From Paludibacteraceae bacterium (GTDB lineage: Bacteria > Actinomycetota > Coriobacteriia > Coriobacteriales > Atopobiaceae): a stretch of 64,000 nt of DNA. Positions 29,584 to 40,176 of the stretch are shown here, one piece after another (within the stretch, counting starts at the first letter, position 1; each line of letters begins with the position of its first letter). The stretch covers positions 13,155-77,154 of the forward strand of contig CAVIBB010000001.1 of assembly GCA_963640745.1 (NCBI GenBank), read 5' to 3'. The position numbers and the translations under genes are program-made. Below the pieces are notes generated by a model. That model did not search any database, was not told the DNA's origin, and was given only the letters and a program-made list of their open reading frames with translations.

Positions 29584-30882
29584 TTAGCAGTCGGCGCCGC
29601 AGAGAAGCGCCACGTCGGTCACGTCTCGAGAGCCCGCCACGAAGCGGCTCCGCGCGCTCGCGGCCACGGCGAGCTGGGCGGCGGTGTCGGCGGCGAAGCG
29701 GTCGCGCATGATCTTGTCGGCGGCGCGCTGGGCAAAGACCAGTCCCTCGAGCAGGCTGTTCGACGCCAGGCGGTTGCGCCCGTGCACCCCGTTGCAGCAT
29801 GTCTCGCCGGCGGCGAAGAGATGCGGCAGCGTGGTCTCGGAGTCGGAGTTCACGTGGATGCCGCCCATAAAGTAGTGTTGGGCGGGCACGACGGGCACCG
29901 GCTCACGGAAGATATCGTATCCCTCCTGGCGGCACTGCTCGCAGATGTGCGTGAAGTGGTTCTCGAGCTCGGAGCGAGCCACGTTCTCGAAGCTCAGCCA
30001 CACGTGCTCGGAGCCGTCGCGGCGCATCTGGGCCAGGATGTTCGCCGAGACCACGTCGCGCGGCTGGAGCTCGTCGCAGAAGCGCTCGCCCGCGGCGTTG
30101 AGCAGGATGGCGCCCTCGCCGCGCGCCGATTCGCTGATGAGGAAGCTGCGGCCCGGCTTGCCCGTCCAGAGCGTGGTGGGGTGGATCTGCACGAAGTCCA
30201 TGTGCTCGAGCAGCACGCCGTGCTCGGCCGCCACGCGGCACCCGTCGCCCGTGAGGCAGGGGTAGTTCGTCGAGTGCTTGTAGAGGCCGCCCACGCCGCC
30301 TGTGGCGAGAACCGTCGCGTCGGCGTTTATCTGCAGCTGCCCGCCCGCGGCGTCCTCGGCCAGGAGGCCGCGGCACACGCGAGTCCCGGCCTCGTCGAAG
30401 CCCTCGAGAATGTCCGTCATGCAAGTATTCTCGAGCACGGTCGCGTTGGGCAGCTCGCGCACGCACGCGAGCAGGTGCGTGGTGATCTCCTCGCCGGTGA
30501 TGTCCTCGTGATAGACGATGCGTGGACGGGAGTGGGCGCCCTCGCGGGTGTAATCGAGCTCGCCCGTGGCCGTGCGCGCAAAGCGAACACCGCGCTTGAC
30601 CAGGTCGTCGATGATGGGCCGACTCGCGCGGATCATCATATCGACGGACTCCAGGCGGTTCTCGTAGTGGCCCGCGCGCAGCGTGTCCTCAAAGAAGGAC
30701 TCGTAGTCGTCGGCATCGTGCAGCACGCAGATCCCGCCCTGCGCGAGCATCGAGTCGCACTCATCCACGGTCGTCTTGGCAAGAAGCACGACGTTGAGGG
30801 CGCGCGGCAGGTTGAGCGCGCAGTAGAGCCCCGCCACGCCGCAGCCGACGATGACGACGTCGCAGTCGATGGTCTTCTTCAT
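29584..30882 (-). CDS. nadB: L-aspartate oxidase (short form)
   Basis: GCGVAG, LAQGGI, EGAHS, QIHPT, HYFMGG, HGRNRLASNSLLEG. Confidence 0.95.
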   Translation of the reverse strand: MKKTIDCDVVIVGCGVAGLYCALNLPRALNVVLLAKTTVDECDSMLAQGGICVLHDADDYESFFEDTLRAGHYENRLESVDMMIRASRPIIDDLVKRGVRFARTATGELDYTREGAHSRPRIVYHEDITGEEITTHLLACVRELPNATVLENTCMTDILEGFDEAGTRVCRGLLAEDAAGGQLQINADATVLATGGVGGLYKHSTNYPCLTGDGCRVAAEHGVLLEHMDFVQIHPTTLWTGKPGRSFLISESARGEGAILLNAAGERFCDELQPRDVVSANILAQMRRDGSEHVWLSFENVARSELENHFTHICEQCRQEGYDIFREPVPVVPAQHYFMGGIHVNSDSETTLPHLFAAGETCCNGVHGRNRLASNSLLEGLVFAQRAADKIMRDRFAADTAAQLAVAASARSRFVAGSRDVTDVALLCGADC

Positions 30883-30894
30883 GGTCGCCGCCCC

Positions 30895-31821
30895 CTACTT
30901 GGCGTACTCGAGCATGAGATCGAGGGCGCGGGTCGAGCCGGAGACGACGCCTTCGTCGGGCAGGCCGACCTCGCCCGAGCCGTCGCGCAGGCACGCAAGG
31001 ACCTTGTCGGCCGTGACGCGTGCCATGTTCGGGCAGATGGGGCAGGTCTTCGGGAACCAGAAGCGCTTGCCGGTGCCCTCGGTCTGGCGCTCGAGCTCAT
31101 GGATCACGCCGTGGACCGTCGCGATGATGAAGTCGCTGGCGTCACTCGCCACCGCCTCGGCGATGATCTGCGAGGTAGAGCCCACGAAGTCGGCCTCCTT
31201 GAGCACCCAGTCGCCGCACTCGGGGTGAGCGAGCACGCGGGCGCCGGGATGCTCGGCGCGGGCGGCCTCGATCTCGGCGAGCTCGATGGCCTCGTGCGTG
31301 GGACAGAACCCGTCGTTCAGGATCACGTTCTTCTCGGGCACCTGCAGCGCGACGTAGTGGCCCAGGTTCATGTCCGGGATAAAGAGGACGTTCTTCTGCG
31401 GCAGCCCGCGCACGATCTTTACCGCGTTCGAAGACGTTACGCACACGTCTGACCAGGCCTTCATTTGCGAGGTCGAGTTCACGTAGCAGGCCACCGCGAG
31501 GTCGTCGCCGTACTTGGCGCGGGCCGCGTCGATCGTCGCCTTCTGGACCATGTGCGCCATCGGGCAGTCCGCCGTCGGCTCGGGCATGAGCACGCGCTTG
31601 CCGGGACTCAGCAGCTTCGCGCTCTCGGCCATAAAGTGAACGCCGCAGAACACGAGCGTCTTGCAGTCGAGGGTCGCGGCCTTCTTTGAGAGAAAGAACG
31701 AGTCGCCGATGTAGTCGGCGAGCTCCTGGGCGTCCGGCGTCACGTAGTAGTGCGCGAGGATCACCGCGTCCTGTTCCTGTTTGAGCCGCTCGACTTCCGC
31801 GCGCATCTCGTCAGATACCAT
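30895..31821 (-). CDS. nadA: Quinolinate synthase
   Basis: ILAHYY, GDS, FCGVHFMAE, CPMA, YVNS, AHPEC, CPNM. Confidence 0.96.
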   Translation of the reverse strand: MVSDEMRAEVERLKQEQDAVILAHYYVTPDAQELADYIGDSFFLSKKAATLDCKTLVFCGVHFMAESAKLLSPGKRVLMPEPTADCPMAHMVQKATIDAARAKYGDDLAVACYVNSTSQMKAWSDVCVTSSNAVKIVRGLPQKNVLFIPDMNLGHYVALQVPEKNVILNDGFCPTHEAIELAEIEAARAEHPGARVLAHPECGDWVLKEADFVGSTSQIIAEAVASDASDFIIATVHGVIHELERQTEGTGKRFWFPKTCPICPNMARVTADKVLACLRDGSGEVGLPDEGVVSGSTRALDLMLEYAK

Positions 31822-31889
31822 GCCATGCCTTCCTGCCACGGTCGGCCCCCACCGACCCACTCGGCCAAAACGCTTGACAGTATGGCACG

Positions 31890-31911
31890 TGACTTTACAG
31901 GTGACAAGACA
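31890..31911. promoter_or_regulatory. NiaR operator
   Basis: TGACTTTACA-GG-TGACAAGACA fits TGT-N4-ACA-N2-TGT-N4-ACA with two mismatches, upstream of nadA. Confidence 0.65.
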
Positions 31912-31980
31912 GTGGCAAAGAACACATTTTCGGCGCCACGCCTGCGAACTCTGACTTTTGCAATCACAGGGCGGGCGAAC

Positions 31981-32529
31981 TCAGCGCGAAAGCGAGTAGG
32001 AAAGCTCGGTAAGCGCCGAGACGACCTCATCAGCGAGAGATTCAACCCCAGACGTCACGCGCCGAGCCGCGTCGCCGACGCCCTGAGCCGAGGAAACGTA
32101 CTCCCCCACGGTCTCGATGACGTCCGACACGGGATTCGACGAATCCCGCTCGGTCGCGGAGCCCGCCTCGTCTTCCGTCGCGGAAATCGCAGCCGCCGCC
32201 GTAGTCGAAGCCGCCGTAGAGGCCTTCGAAACGACACCCGCGACGCTCGTCCACACGAGGCTCACCACAAACGCAACCGCTAAAAGCGCAAGAAGCACGC
32301 CCGCAACCTTAAGGCTCAGGCGGCTCCCCCGATCAAGCACGCGCTCGTAGCGAGTGGTGCGCGAGGCGCCGACCTGTTGCGGAGGCGACGCCACGGGAGC
32401 GGGCGCCGGGCCGGTCGCGGCCGTTCGAACCTGCGGAGATTGAACGGCAGTCCTATCGGCCGCACCGTATGACGCGCCGTATGACGTGCCATCTACCTGG
32501 TCATATCCGTCGTAATTCCCGTAAGCCAT
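31981..32529 (-). CDS. Hypothetical single-TM protein, low complexity
   Basis: Tyr/Gly/Asp-rich N-terminus, one hydrophobic helix, Ala/Ser-rich tail; GGAGG RBS. Confidence 0.55.
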   Translation of the reverse strand: MAYGNYDGYDQVDGTSYGASYGAADRTAVQSPQVRTAATGPAPAPVASPPQQVGASRTTRYERVLDRGSRLSLKVAGVLLALLAVAFVVSLVWTSVAGVVSKASTAASTTAAAAISATEDEAGSATERDSSNPVSDVIETVGEYVSSAQGVGDAARRVTSGVESLADEVVSALTELSYSLSR

Positions 32530-32730
32530 CGCAGTCCTCCGCTCGCCGGCGCCGTTTCGCGCCCGTACAGTCTCCCCCCCATCGCCCTTGCGACCGCCAC
32601 AGCCGGCGCGATCCCACCGTATTCCCATGCCGTGTGTGGGCTTTGTGACGAGTGCGCCGCGCCGCCTCCGCTCGCCGCCGTAGGGAAATAATCTCACACG
32701 GTCAATATCTTCTAGTGTAAGGGGGTTTCA

Positions 32731-33207
32731 GTGGAAGCAGACATCGAGCCGACCGACGAGCAGCGCGCGCTCATGCATGAGCTCTTCGGCCAGCTCTTCC
32801 ACTTCAGCCACAGCATCAAGCCGGACTTCCGCAACGCCACCCGCGGAGAGATGGCGGTGCTCCTCATGCTGCATCTCGCAGAAGGGGCGGGCGACCCGCC
32901 GCTCACCCCAAGCGTCATCGCCGAGCGTGCCCACCTCACGTCCGCCCGCACGGCCAATGTCCTGCGCACCCTTGAGGAGAAGGGCTGGATCGTCCGCGAG
33001 CATGCGACCGACGACCGCCGCCGCGTGACCGTCACGCTCACCGAGGCCGGAGACGCCGAGCGCAAGCGCCGCCGCCGCGACTTCGAAGAGCACGCCGCGG
33101 CCTTTATCGCGCGCCTCGGCGAAGACGACGCGCGCGAGGCAATCCGCATCCTCAAGCGCTGCAACGAAATCGTCGAGGACGAACGAAAGGAGGCGAACGC
33201 CCGATGA
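32731..33207 (+). CDS. MarR family regulator
   Basis: LTPSVIA...LEEKGWIVR...DRRRVTVTLTEAG. Confidence 0.9.
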   Translation: MEADIEPTDEQRALMHELFGQLFHFSHSIKPDFRNATRGEMAVLLMLHLAEGAGDPPLTPSVIAERAHLTSARTANVLRTLEEKGWIVREHATDDRRRVTVTLTEAGDAERKRRRRDFEEHAAAFIARLGEDDAREAIRILKRCNEIVEDERKEANAR

Positions 33208-35441
33208 GGATCCTCAAACTCTTCCGCAATCACATTCCGGCGCTCATCGCCGCCATCGCGCTCACCATCATCAGCTGCAACGCCGACCTCACGCTGCCCA
33301 CCTACATGTCTGAGATCGTCGACGTGGGCATCCAGCAGGGCGGCATCGAGAGCCCCGTGCCTTCGACTATCCGCGCCCAGTCCCTCGAGGACCTTAAGAT
33401 GTTTATGTCCGAGGAGGACGCAGCCGCCGTCGAGGCCGCCTACTCCGCCGCCGATGCCGACGGCATCCGCGCCTACACGGGCACCGAGGCCGACCGCGTC
33501 GACGACAGTGCCCTGGCCAGCGCCATGAGCCTGCCCGAGACGGTCGCCCTCTCCCTTGAGCAGGGCGTCGACGCGAGCTCCACGGGCGCCGGCCTTTCCG
33601 GCACCGTCACGCTCGACCAGATCCGTCAGGCATACGACGCGGGCATCATCACCAAGGACCAGCTGGTCAACGGCGCCGAGTCCATGGCCGACGCCATGGG
33701 CGAGATGGGCGGCTCCATCGTCGAGCAGCGCGCCATAAGCTACGTGAGCGCCGAATACGAGGCGCAGGGCATCAGCCTCACCGACGTCCAAAACACCTAC
33801 CTCGCCAGCATGTCGCTCAAGATGTTCGGGCTTTGCGCCGTGAGCCTCGTGGCCACCGTGCTTTTGGGCGCCGTCGCCTCCCACACCGCGAGCACCATCG
33901 CCCGTGACCTGCGCCGCGAGACCTTCGGCCGCGTCATGCGCTTCTCGCCGGCCGAGGTCGGCAAGTTCAGCCAGGCCTCGCTCATCACCCGCTGCACGAA
34001 CGACATCCAGCAGATCCAGATGGCCGCGACCCTCTTTATCCGCATGGTCCTCATGGCGCCGATCATGGGCATCGTGGCCGTCATGCGCGTCGTCGCCACC
34101 TCGACGGGCCTCGAGTGGACCATCGGCGTGGCCGTCATCGCCGTGTGCGCCGTGGTCGGCGTGCTCATGGGCCTCACCATGCCCAAGTTCAAGAAGATGC
34201 AGCGCTACGTGGATCGCGTAAACCTCGTCGCGCGCGAGATGCTCGACGGCGTCATGCCCATCCGCGCCTTCGGCCGCCAGGACCACGAGCTCGAGCGTTT
34301 CGACGACGCGAGTCGCGACCTCATGGAGACGCAGCTCTTTACCAACCGTGCCATGAGCTTCATGATGCCGCTCATGATGCTCGTCATGAACTGCGTGACC
34401 GTGCTCATCGTCTGGGCCGGCAGCCACGGCGTGAACGACGGCGTCATGCAGGTCGGCAACATGATGGCCTTTATCTCCTACACCATGCAGATCGTCATGG
34501 CGTTCATGATCCTCACCATGGTCTCGGTCATGCTGCCGCGCGCCGAGGTCGCCTGCGAGCGCGTCGACGAGGTTCTCTCCACAAAGAGCTCCATCACCGA
34601 GCCCGCCTCGCCGGCAAGAATCGCCGACGACGCCCCGCGCGGCTCGCTCGAGTTCCGCGACGTCGCCTTCCGCTACCCCGACGGTGACGAGGGCGTGGTC
34701 TCGCACGTGAGCTTCACGGTCGACGCCGGCCAGATGCTCGGCATCATCGGCTCGACCGGCTCGGGCAAGTCCACGCTCGTCCAGCTCATCCCGCGCCTCT
34801 ACGACGTCACGGAGGGCCAGGTCATGCTCGATGGCGTCGACGTGCGCGACCTCTCCCTCTCCGACCTGCGCGGCCGCATCGGCTACATCCCCCAGCAGGG
34901 CATGCTCTTCTCGGGCACGGTCGAGTCCAACCTCAAGTTCGCCGGCGACTCGGTGAGCGACGAGGACATGCGCGAGGCCGCCCGCGTGGCCCAGGCAACC
35001 GAGTTCATCGAGGAGCGCGAGGTCGGCTACGGCTCCCCCATCTCCCAGGGCGGCGGGAACGTCTCGGGCGGCCAGCGCCAGCGCCTCTCCATCGCGCGCG
35101 CACTTGCAAAGAAGCCCGAGGTCGTGGTGTTCGACGACTCCTTCAGCGCGCTCGACTACAAGACCGACGCACGCCTGCGTGACGAGCTCGCGCGCACCCA
35201 GACCGAGGCGGCGCTCGTGGTGGTCGCCCAGCGCATCGCCACGATCATGCACGCCGATCAGATCGTCGTCCTCGACGAGGGCACCGTCGTCGGCCAGGGC
35301 ACGCACGAGGAGCTTCTCCGCAGCTGCCCGGCTTATCTCGAGATCGCCCAGTCGCAGCTCTCCGCGAGCGAGCTCGGGCTCACCGAGGAGGAAATCTCCG
35401 CCGTCATGGACGGCGCAAAGAAGGAAGGAGGCGACCGCTAA
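33204..35441 (+). CDS. ABC exporter, fused permease/ATPase subunit 1
   Basis: TMD with a large extracellular loop, GSTGSGKS, VSGGQRQR, degenerate Walker B (FDDS). Confidence 0.93.
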   Translation: MRILKLFRNHIPALIAAIALTIISCNADLTLPTYMSEIVDVGIQQGGIESPVPSTIRAQSLEDLKMFMSEEDAAAVEAAYSAADADGIRAYTGTEADRVDDSALASAMSLPETVALSLEQGVDASSTGAGLSGTVTLDQIRQAYDAGIITKDQLVNGAESMADAMGEMGGSIVEQRAISYVSAEYEAQGISLTDVQNTYLASMSLKMFGLCAVSLVATVLLGAVASHTASTIARDLRRETFGRVMRFSPAEVGKFSQASLITRCTNDIQQIQMAATLFIRMVLMAPIMGIVAVMRVVATSTGLEWTIGVAVIAVCAVVGVLMGLTMPKFKKMQRYVDRVNLVAREMLDGVMPIRAFGRQDHELERFDDASRDLMETQLFTNRAMSFMMPLMMLVMNCVTVLIVWAGSHGVNDGVMQVGNMMAFISYTMQIVMAFMILTMVSVMLPRAEVACERVDEVLSTKSSITEPASPARIADDAPRGSLEFRDVAFRYPDGDEGVVSHVSFTVDAGQMLGIIGSTGSGKSTLVQLIPRLYDVTEGQVMLDGVDVRDLSLSDLRGRIGYIPQQGMLFSGTVESNLKFAGDSVSDEDMREAARVAQATEFIEEREVGYGSPISQGGGNVSGGQRQRLSIARALAKKPEVVVFDDSFSALDYKTDARLRDELARTQTEAALVVVAQRIATIMHADQIVVLDEGTVVGQGTHEELLRSCPAYLEIAQSQLSASELGLTEEEISAVMDGAKKEGGDR

Positions 35442-37312
35442 TGGCAGACGAGATGAGCAAGACCGTGGCGCCTAAGCGCACGGCCGGCGCGGGCCGCGGG
35501 CCCATGGGCGGGCGCGGCGGCTTCGGCGGGCGCACCACCGAGAAGGCCAAGGACTTCAAGGGCACCATGCTCAAGCTGCTCGGATATGTGGGACGCCACA
35601 AGTTCGCCGTTCTCACGGCCGTGGTGTTCGCCATCGGCTCCGTGGTGTTCAACATCATCGGCCCGAAGGTCCTGGGCCAGGTCACCACCAAGCTCTACGA
35701 GGGGCTCGTGGCCAAGGTCGCGGGCACGGGATCAGTCGACTTCGAGTGGATCGGCCGCACCCTGCTGCTCCTTCTTGGCCTCTACCTGGCTTCTTCCGCG
35801 TGCAACCTGATCCAGGGTTGGCTCATGACGGGCGTCACGCAGAAGATCTGCTACCGCATGCGCAAGGAGATCGCCGAGAAGATCACGCGCGTCCCCATGA
35901 GCTACTTCAACGCCCACTCCAAGGGCGACGTGCTCAGCCGCATCACCAACGACGTCGACACCCTCGGCCAGTCGCTCAACCAGTCCGTGACGCAGCTCAT
36001 CACGAGCGTGACCCAGGTCGTGGGCGTGCTCGTCATGATGCTCTCCATCAGCCTGCCGCTCACCGGCGTCGTCGTGGTCACGCTGCCCGTGGCTGCCGTG
36101 ATCATGGGCGTGATGATGCACTTCTCGCAGCCCTATTTCCGCGAGCAGCAACAGGTCCTCGGCGAGGTCAACGGCATCATCGAGGAGGACTTCGCGGGCC
36201 AGAACGTCATCCAGGTCTTCGACCGCGCCGAGGCCGCCGTGGCCGAGTTCGACGAGAAGAACGACAGGCTGTTCATCTCCGGCTGGCGCTCGCAGTTCCT
36301 CTCCGGCCTGATGATGCCGCTCATGAGCCTCGTGGGCAACGTGGGTTACGTGGCCGTTGTGGTCGTGGGCGCCCAGCTCGCGCTTACCGGCAACGCCACC
36401 CCCGGCGACATCCAGAGCTTCATCCAGTACGTCCGCAACTTTACCCAGCCGGTGCAGCAGCTCGCCAACGTGAGCAACACCATGCAGTCCATGGCGGCCG
36501 CCACCGAGCGCGTCTTCGAATTCCTCGCCGCGCCCGAGGAGGAGCAGTCCGAGGCGGCGCAGGTCCCCGCCGTGCGCGAGGGCCGCGTCGAGTTCGACCA
36601 CGTCCGCTTCGGCTACACGCCCGAGAAGACCATCATCCACGACTTCAGCTGCGTGGCCGAGCCCGGGCAGACCGTGGCCATCGTCGGCCCCACCGGCGCC
36701 GGCAAGACGACCCTCATCAAGCTGCTCCAGCGCTTCTACGACGTCGACGGCGGCAGCCTGCGCGTCGAGGGCGTCGACGTGCGCGACTGGGACCGCGCGG
36801 CGCTGCGCGAGGAGTTCGCCATGGTCCTGCAGGACACCTGGCTCTTCAACGGCACGATTCGCGAGAACATCCGCTACGGCCGCCCCGACGCGACCGACGC
36901 CGAGGTCGAGGCCGCTGCCCGCGCCGCGCGCTGCGACCACTTCATCCACACGCTCGCCGGCGGCTACGACTTCGTCATCAACGAGGAGGGCACGAACCTC
37001 AGCCAGGGGCAACGCCAGCTCGTGACCATCGCGCGCGCCGTCCTCGCCGACAGGCCCGCCCTCATCCTCGACGAGGCCACGAGCAACGTGGATACCCGCA
37101 CCGAAGAGCTCATCCAGCGCGCCATGGACGAGCTGATGCGCGGCCGCACGAGTTTCGTCATCGCACACCGCCTCTCCACGATCCGCAACGCCGACGTCAT
37201 CCTCGTGCTGCGCGACGGCGACATCGTCGAGAAGGGCACCCACGAGGAGCTTCTTGCCCGCGGCGGGTTCTACGCCGAGCTTTACAACAGCCAGTTTGAC
37301 GAGGCTGCATAG
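35441..37312 (+). CDS. ABC exporter, fused permease/ATPase subunit 2
   Basis: GPTGAGKT, LSQGQRQL, ILDEATS, IAHRLSTI. Confidence 0.93.
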   Translation: MADEMSKTVAPKRTAGAGRGPMGGRGGFGGRTTEKAKDFKGTMLKLLGYVGRHKFAVLTAVVFAIGSVVFNIIGPKVLGQVTTKLYEGLVAKVAGTGSVDFEWIGRTLLLLLGLYLASSACNLIQGWLMTGVTQKICYRMRKEIAEKITRVPMSYFNAHSKGDVLSRITNDVDTLGQSLNQSVTQLITSVTQVVGVLVMMLSISLPLTGVVVVTLPVAAVIMGVMMHFSQPYFREQQQVLGEVNGIIEEDFAGQNVIQVFDRAEAAVAEFDEKNDRLFISGWRSQFLSGLMMPLMSLVGNVGYVAVVVVGAQLALTGNATPGDIQSFIQYVRNFTQPVQQLANVSNTMQSMAAATERVFEFLAAPEEEQSEAAQVPAVREGRVEFDHVRFGYTPEKTIIHDFSCVAEPGQTVAIVGPTGAGKTTLIKLLQRFYDVDGGSLRVEGVDVRDWDRAALREEFAMVLQDTWLFNGTIRENIRYGRPDATDAEVEAAARAARCDHFIHTLAGGYDFVINEEGTNLSQGQRQLVTIARAVLADRPALILDEATSNVDTRTEELIQRAMDELMRGRTSFVIAHRLSTIRNADVILVLRDGDIVEKGTHEELLARGGFYAELYNSQFDEAA

Positions 37313-37348
37313 GACCGCGTCGGATAGACGGCACAAGCAAGACAAGCA

Positions 37349-37388
37349 AGGGGCGGGCGCCGCGCAGGCACCCGCCCCTCTTCTTTTC
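37349..37388 (+). terminator. Intrinsic terminator after the ABC operon
   Basis: AGGGGCGGG...CCCGCCCCT followed by CTTCTTTT. Confidence 0.7.
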
Positions 37389-37439
37389 GCTCGACGATGT
37401 GAAGGAGCCGCCTTCTTCGTCACGCCTTTAGTCGCGCCT

Positions 37440-38897
37440 TTAGTCGCGCTCGGCCATCGAAACGTACGAGACGTCGCTCATCACGGAGTTGTACGCGGGG
37501 CGGATGATGCGCCCGGCGCCGTAGAGCTCCTCCATGCGGTGCGCGCACCAGCCGGCCAGGCGCGCCATGGCAAAGAGCGCCGTGTACATGTCGGCCGGGA
37601 TGCCGAGCATGGAGTACACGAAGCCCGTGTACAGGTCGATGTTCGCGCAGATGGGCTTCGTCGTTCCCTTGACGTCGCGCATGATCTGCGGGCCCATCTT
37701 CTCGATGTTCTCGAGCAGCTGGAGCTTCTCATCGCGGCCCTTCTCGTGGGCGAGCTTGCGCGCGTACTTCTTGATGATGACGGCGCGCGGATCCGAGAGC
37801 GTGTAGACCGCGTGGCCCAGGCCGTAGATAAGCCCCGTGCCGTCGAAGGCGCGGCCGTTGACGATGTCGGTAAGATACGCGGCCACCTGGTCCTCGCTCG
37901 ACCAGTCCTCGATGGTGTCGGCCGCGTCCTCGATCATGGCCCCCACCTTGGCGTTCGCGCCGCCGTGCTTGGGGCCTTTGAGCGAGCCGATGGCCGCCGC
38001 GTAGGCCGAGTAAGCATCGGTGCCCGAGGAAGAAAGGACGCGCGTGGTAAAGGTGGAGTTGTTGCCGCCGCCGTGCTCGGCGTGAAGCATGAGCATGACG
38101 TCGAGCAGCATGGCCTCGTCGTGCGTGAAACCCTGGTCGCCGCGCAGGACGTCGAGCAGCGTCTCGGCCATCGAGAAGCCCTCACGCGCGGGCGGCACGC
38201 GCAGCTTCGTGCCCGTCGCGGAGGCCACCGCCGCCTCGTGCGCCACCGCCGCGGTGCGCGGCCAGCGGCCGAGCAGCGAGAGCGCCACGTCGATCTCGTG
38301 CGTCGGCGTGGTGTCGTCCGGCGTCGGGTCGAAGGAGTAGAGAAGCAGCGTGGCGCGCTGCAGTACGTTCATGATGTTCTGGCTGTACGTGGTGCGCGGG
38401 AAGATGTGCAGGAAGCCCTCGGGCAGCTGGCGGCGGGAATCGATGCGCGCCTTGAAGTCGTCGAGCTGGCTCTGGTTGGGCAGCACGCCCGTCATAAGCA
38501 GGTAGGCGGCCTCCTCGTAACCGAAGCGGTCCTCCGCCTGCGCATTGTCGATAAGGTCGGCGATGTGGTAGCCGCGATAGATCAGGTCGCCCTCGTCGGG
38601 CTTCACGCCCTCAGGCGTCTTGTTGTAGCCATGGACGTTCGAGATGGTGGTGAGGCCCACGAGGACGCCCGAGCCGTCCGCGTTGCGCAGGCCGCGCTTG
38701 ACGTCGAGCTTGGTGTAGAGCTCGGCCGGAACGACGTCGATGTCCTCGAAGCCCTCGTAGAGCTTATCCGAGACAGGCGGGCGCCCAAGCGCGACGGACG
38801 GCATGGGGTAAGCGTCGGCCACGTGGGTCATGGCCGAGGTCTCGAGCGCGCTCAGGATGGGACGCACGCCGCTCTTTTTGTTGGGAACGAGAGCCAT
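37440..38897 (-). CDS. gltA: Citrate synthase
   Basis: KRGLRNADGSGV, LHAEHGGGNNST, GPKHGGAN, GLGHAVY..SDPRA, NIDLYTG, RIIRPAY. Confidence 0.92.
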   Translation of the reverse strand: MALVPNKKSGVRPILSALETSAMTHVADAYPMPSVALGRPPVSDKLYEGFEDIDVVPAELYTKLDVKRGLRNADGSGVLVGLTTISNVHGYNKTPEGVKPDEGDLIYRGYHIADLIDNAQAEDRFGYEEAAYLLMTGVLPNQSQLDDFKARIDSRRQLPEGFLHIFPRTTYSQNIMNVLQRATLLLYSFDPTPDDTTPTHEIDVALSLLGRWPRTAAVAHEAAVASATGTKLRVPPAREGFSMAETLLDVLRGDQGFTHDEAMLLDVMLMLHAEHGGGNNSTFTTRVLSSSGTDAYSAYAAAIGSLKGPKHGGANAKVGAMIEDAADTIEDWSSEDQVAAYLTDIVNGRAFDGTGLIYGLGHAVYTLSDPRAVIIKKYARKLAHEKGRDEKLQLLENIEKMGPQIMRDVKGTTKPICANIDLYTGFVYSMLGIPADMYTALFAMARLAGWCAHRMEELYGAGRIIRPAYNSVMSDVSYVSMAERD

Positions 38898-38980
38898 GGG
38901 CGAAAACCTCCTCGAAAAAGGCCTGAGCGCAGAGCGGCGGCACCGTGGCCGCCGCCTCATTCTCTTTGGCCGGGCTTGAC

Positions 38981-39274
38981 CTAAAGGCGATACATGTAGC
39001 GGAAGACTTCCTCGCGCTGCAGGCTGATCTGCACGCCGAGGGACTCGGAAAGCTCGTCGAGCTTGGCCTTGAGCTCCGCGAACTCGGCGGAAGCGCCAAG
39101 GTCGATGAGCATCGTCATAGTAAAGATGCCCTGGAGGATGGTCTGGGAAATGTCGAGGATGTTGGCCTCGCGGTCGGCGAGCGCACCCGTTACGGAGGCG
39201 ACGATGCCCGGGCGGTCGCTGCCCAGGACGGTGATGATGGCGCGGTTGCTGGAAGCGACGTCGTTGGTCGACAT
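38981..39274 (-). CDS. ACT-domain protein (UPF0237-like)
   Basis: AIITVLGSDRPGIVA...NILDISQTI...FTMTML...QREEVFRYMYRL. Confidence 0.88.
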   Translation of the reverse strand: MSTNDVASSNRAIITVLGSDRPGIVASVTGALADREANILDISQTILQGIFTMTMLIDLGASAEFAELKAKLDELSESLGVQISLQREEVFRYMYRL

Positions 39275-39433
39275 GAATCCTCCTCGATTCAAAAAAGACG
39301 ATTGAAGGCCGATTCTATCGAAGAGATACCCGACACGCGTCCTAACAGCGCAGTTAGAGCAAAAACGTAACGCGCGGCAACCTGGCCGTCATTTCCCGCG
39401 CACAAAAGTTACGCAGCTGGAGACGCGTTGGCG

Positions 39434-39934
39434 CTAGTTCTCGCTCGGGTCGATGCCCTTGACGGCCTGGAAGAGGGCCTCGACGTCCTCGACGGTGCAG
39501 TCGAGCGCGCAGGAAAGTTCCTGCGCCGAGCGCTCGCGGGCCTGCTTGAGGATGCGCTCGTAGGCGACCGGGGCTTTCTTGTTGCGGGCCTCGACCTCGG
39601 CGATGCGGTGCTTGAAGGTCTTTACCACGCGAACGGCGTCGTAGCAGGTGCCGTTGCGGATGGTCTGCTTAAAGTGCTGTTCCTCGAGCGAGTTGTTACG
39701 CTCGGTGAAGTCGTCGAGCTCGATGGTGGGGTACTGCTCGATGATGCGGCGAGCTTCGTCTGCTGTGAGGACCGGGCGAAGGCGAGACTCGCTCGCGACG
39801 GGGTAACTGATATGCATGGCGTGGCGCTGCCCCATCGGCAGCAACTTGTAAGCGGCGTCGGGACCTTCGCCCACACCCTCAACTCTACAGACGCCCTGCC
39901 CCGGGTGAACGATATACTCGCCGATTTCGTACAT
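39434..39934 (-). CDS. carD: CarD family transcription factor
   Basis: YEIGEYIVHPGQGVCRVE and LRPV motifs. Confidence 0.8.
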   Translation of the reverse strand: MYEIGEYIVHPGQGVCRVEGVGEGPDAAYKLLPMGQRHAMHISYPVASESRLRPVLTADEARRIIEQYPTIELDDFTERNNSLEEQHFKQTIRNGTCYDAVRVVKTFKHRIAEVEARNKKAPVAYERILKQARERSAQELSCALDCTVEDVEALFQAVKGIDPSEN

Positions 39935-40176
39935 GCTTTCCCCTTTCGCCGATTTGCATTGTAGCACGTAAAGGGGCATTTAGCACCGTATAACGATTCG
40001 GCATTGCATATAAGGTGCCGTATTAGTAGGGTTACAAGTTTCTCAAAACGTCAAACCTTTTTGCCGCGAAGGCGCCAAGCGGGCGATCGCCTTCGCGGCG
40101 GACGGCGGCGAGCGGAACTGCCGCGCCGGGCGCGCCGCGGGTCGCATTGGGGCCGCGCCGGGACCGCGTTTTGGGG

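Noticed and set aside
29584..30882. Truncated nadB pseudogene
   Set aside because: Catalytic motifs are intact and short NadB forms lacking the C-terminal helical domain are known in anaerobes.
32712..35306. 864-aa antisense ORF and similar long shadows (2520..4451, 12551..14233, 42605..44920, 44958..46910, 56982..58958)
   Set aside because: They mirror well-supported genes on the opposite strand, as expected from high GC3 codon bias, and show no recognisable motifs.
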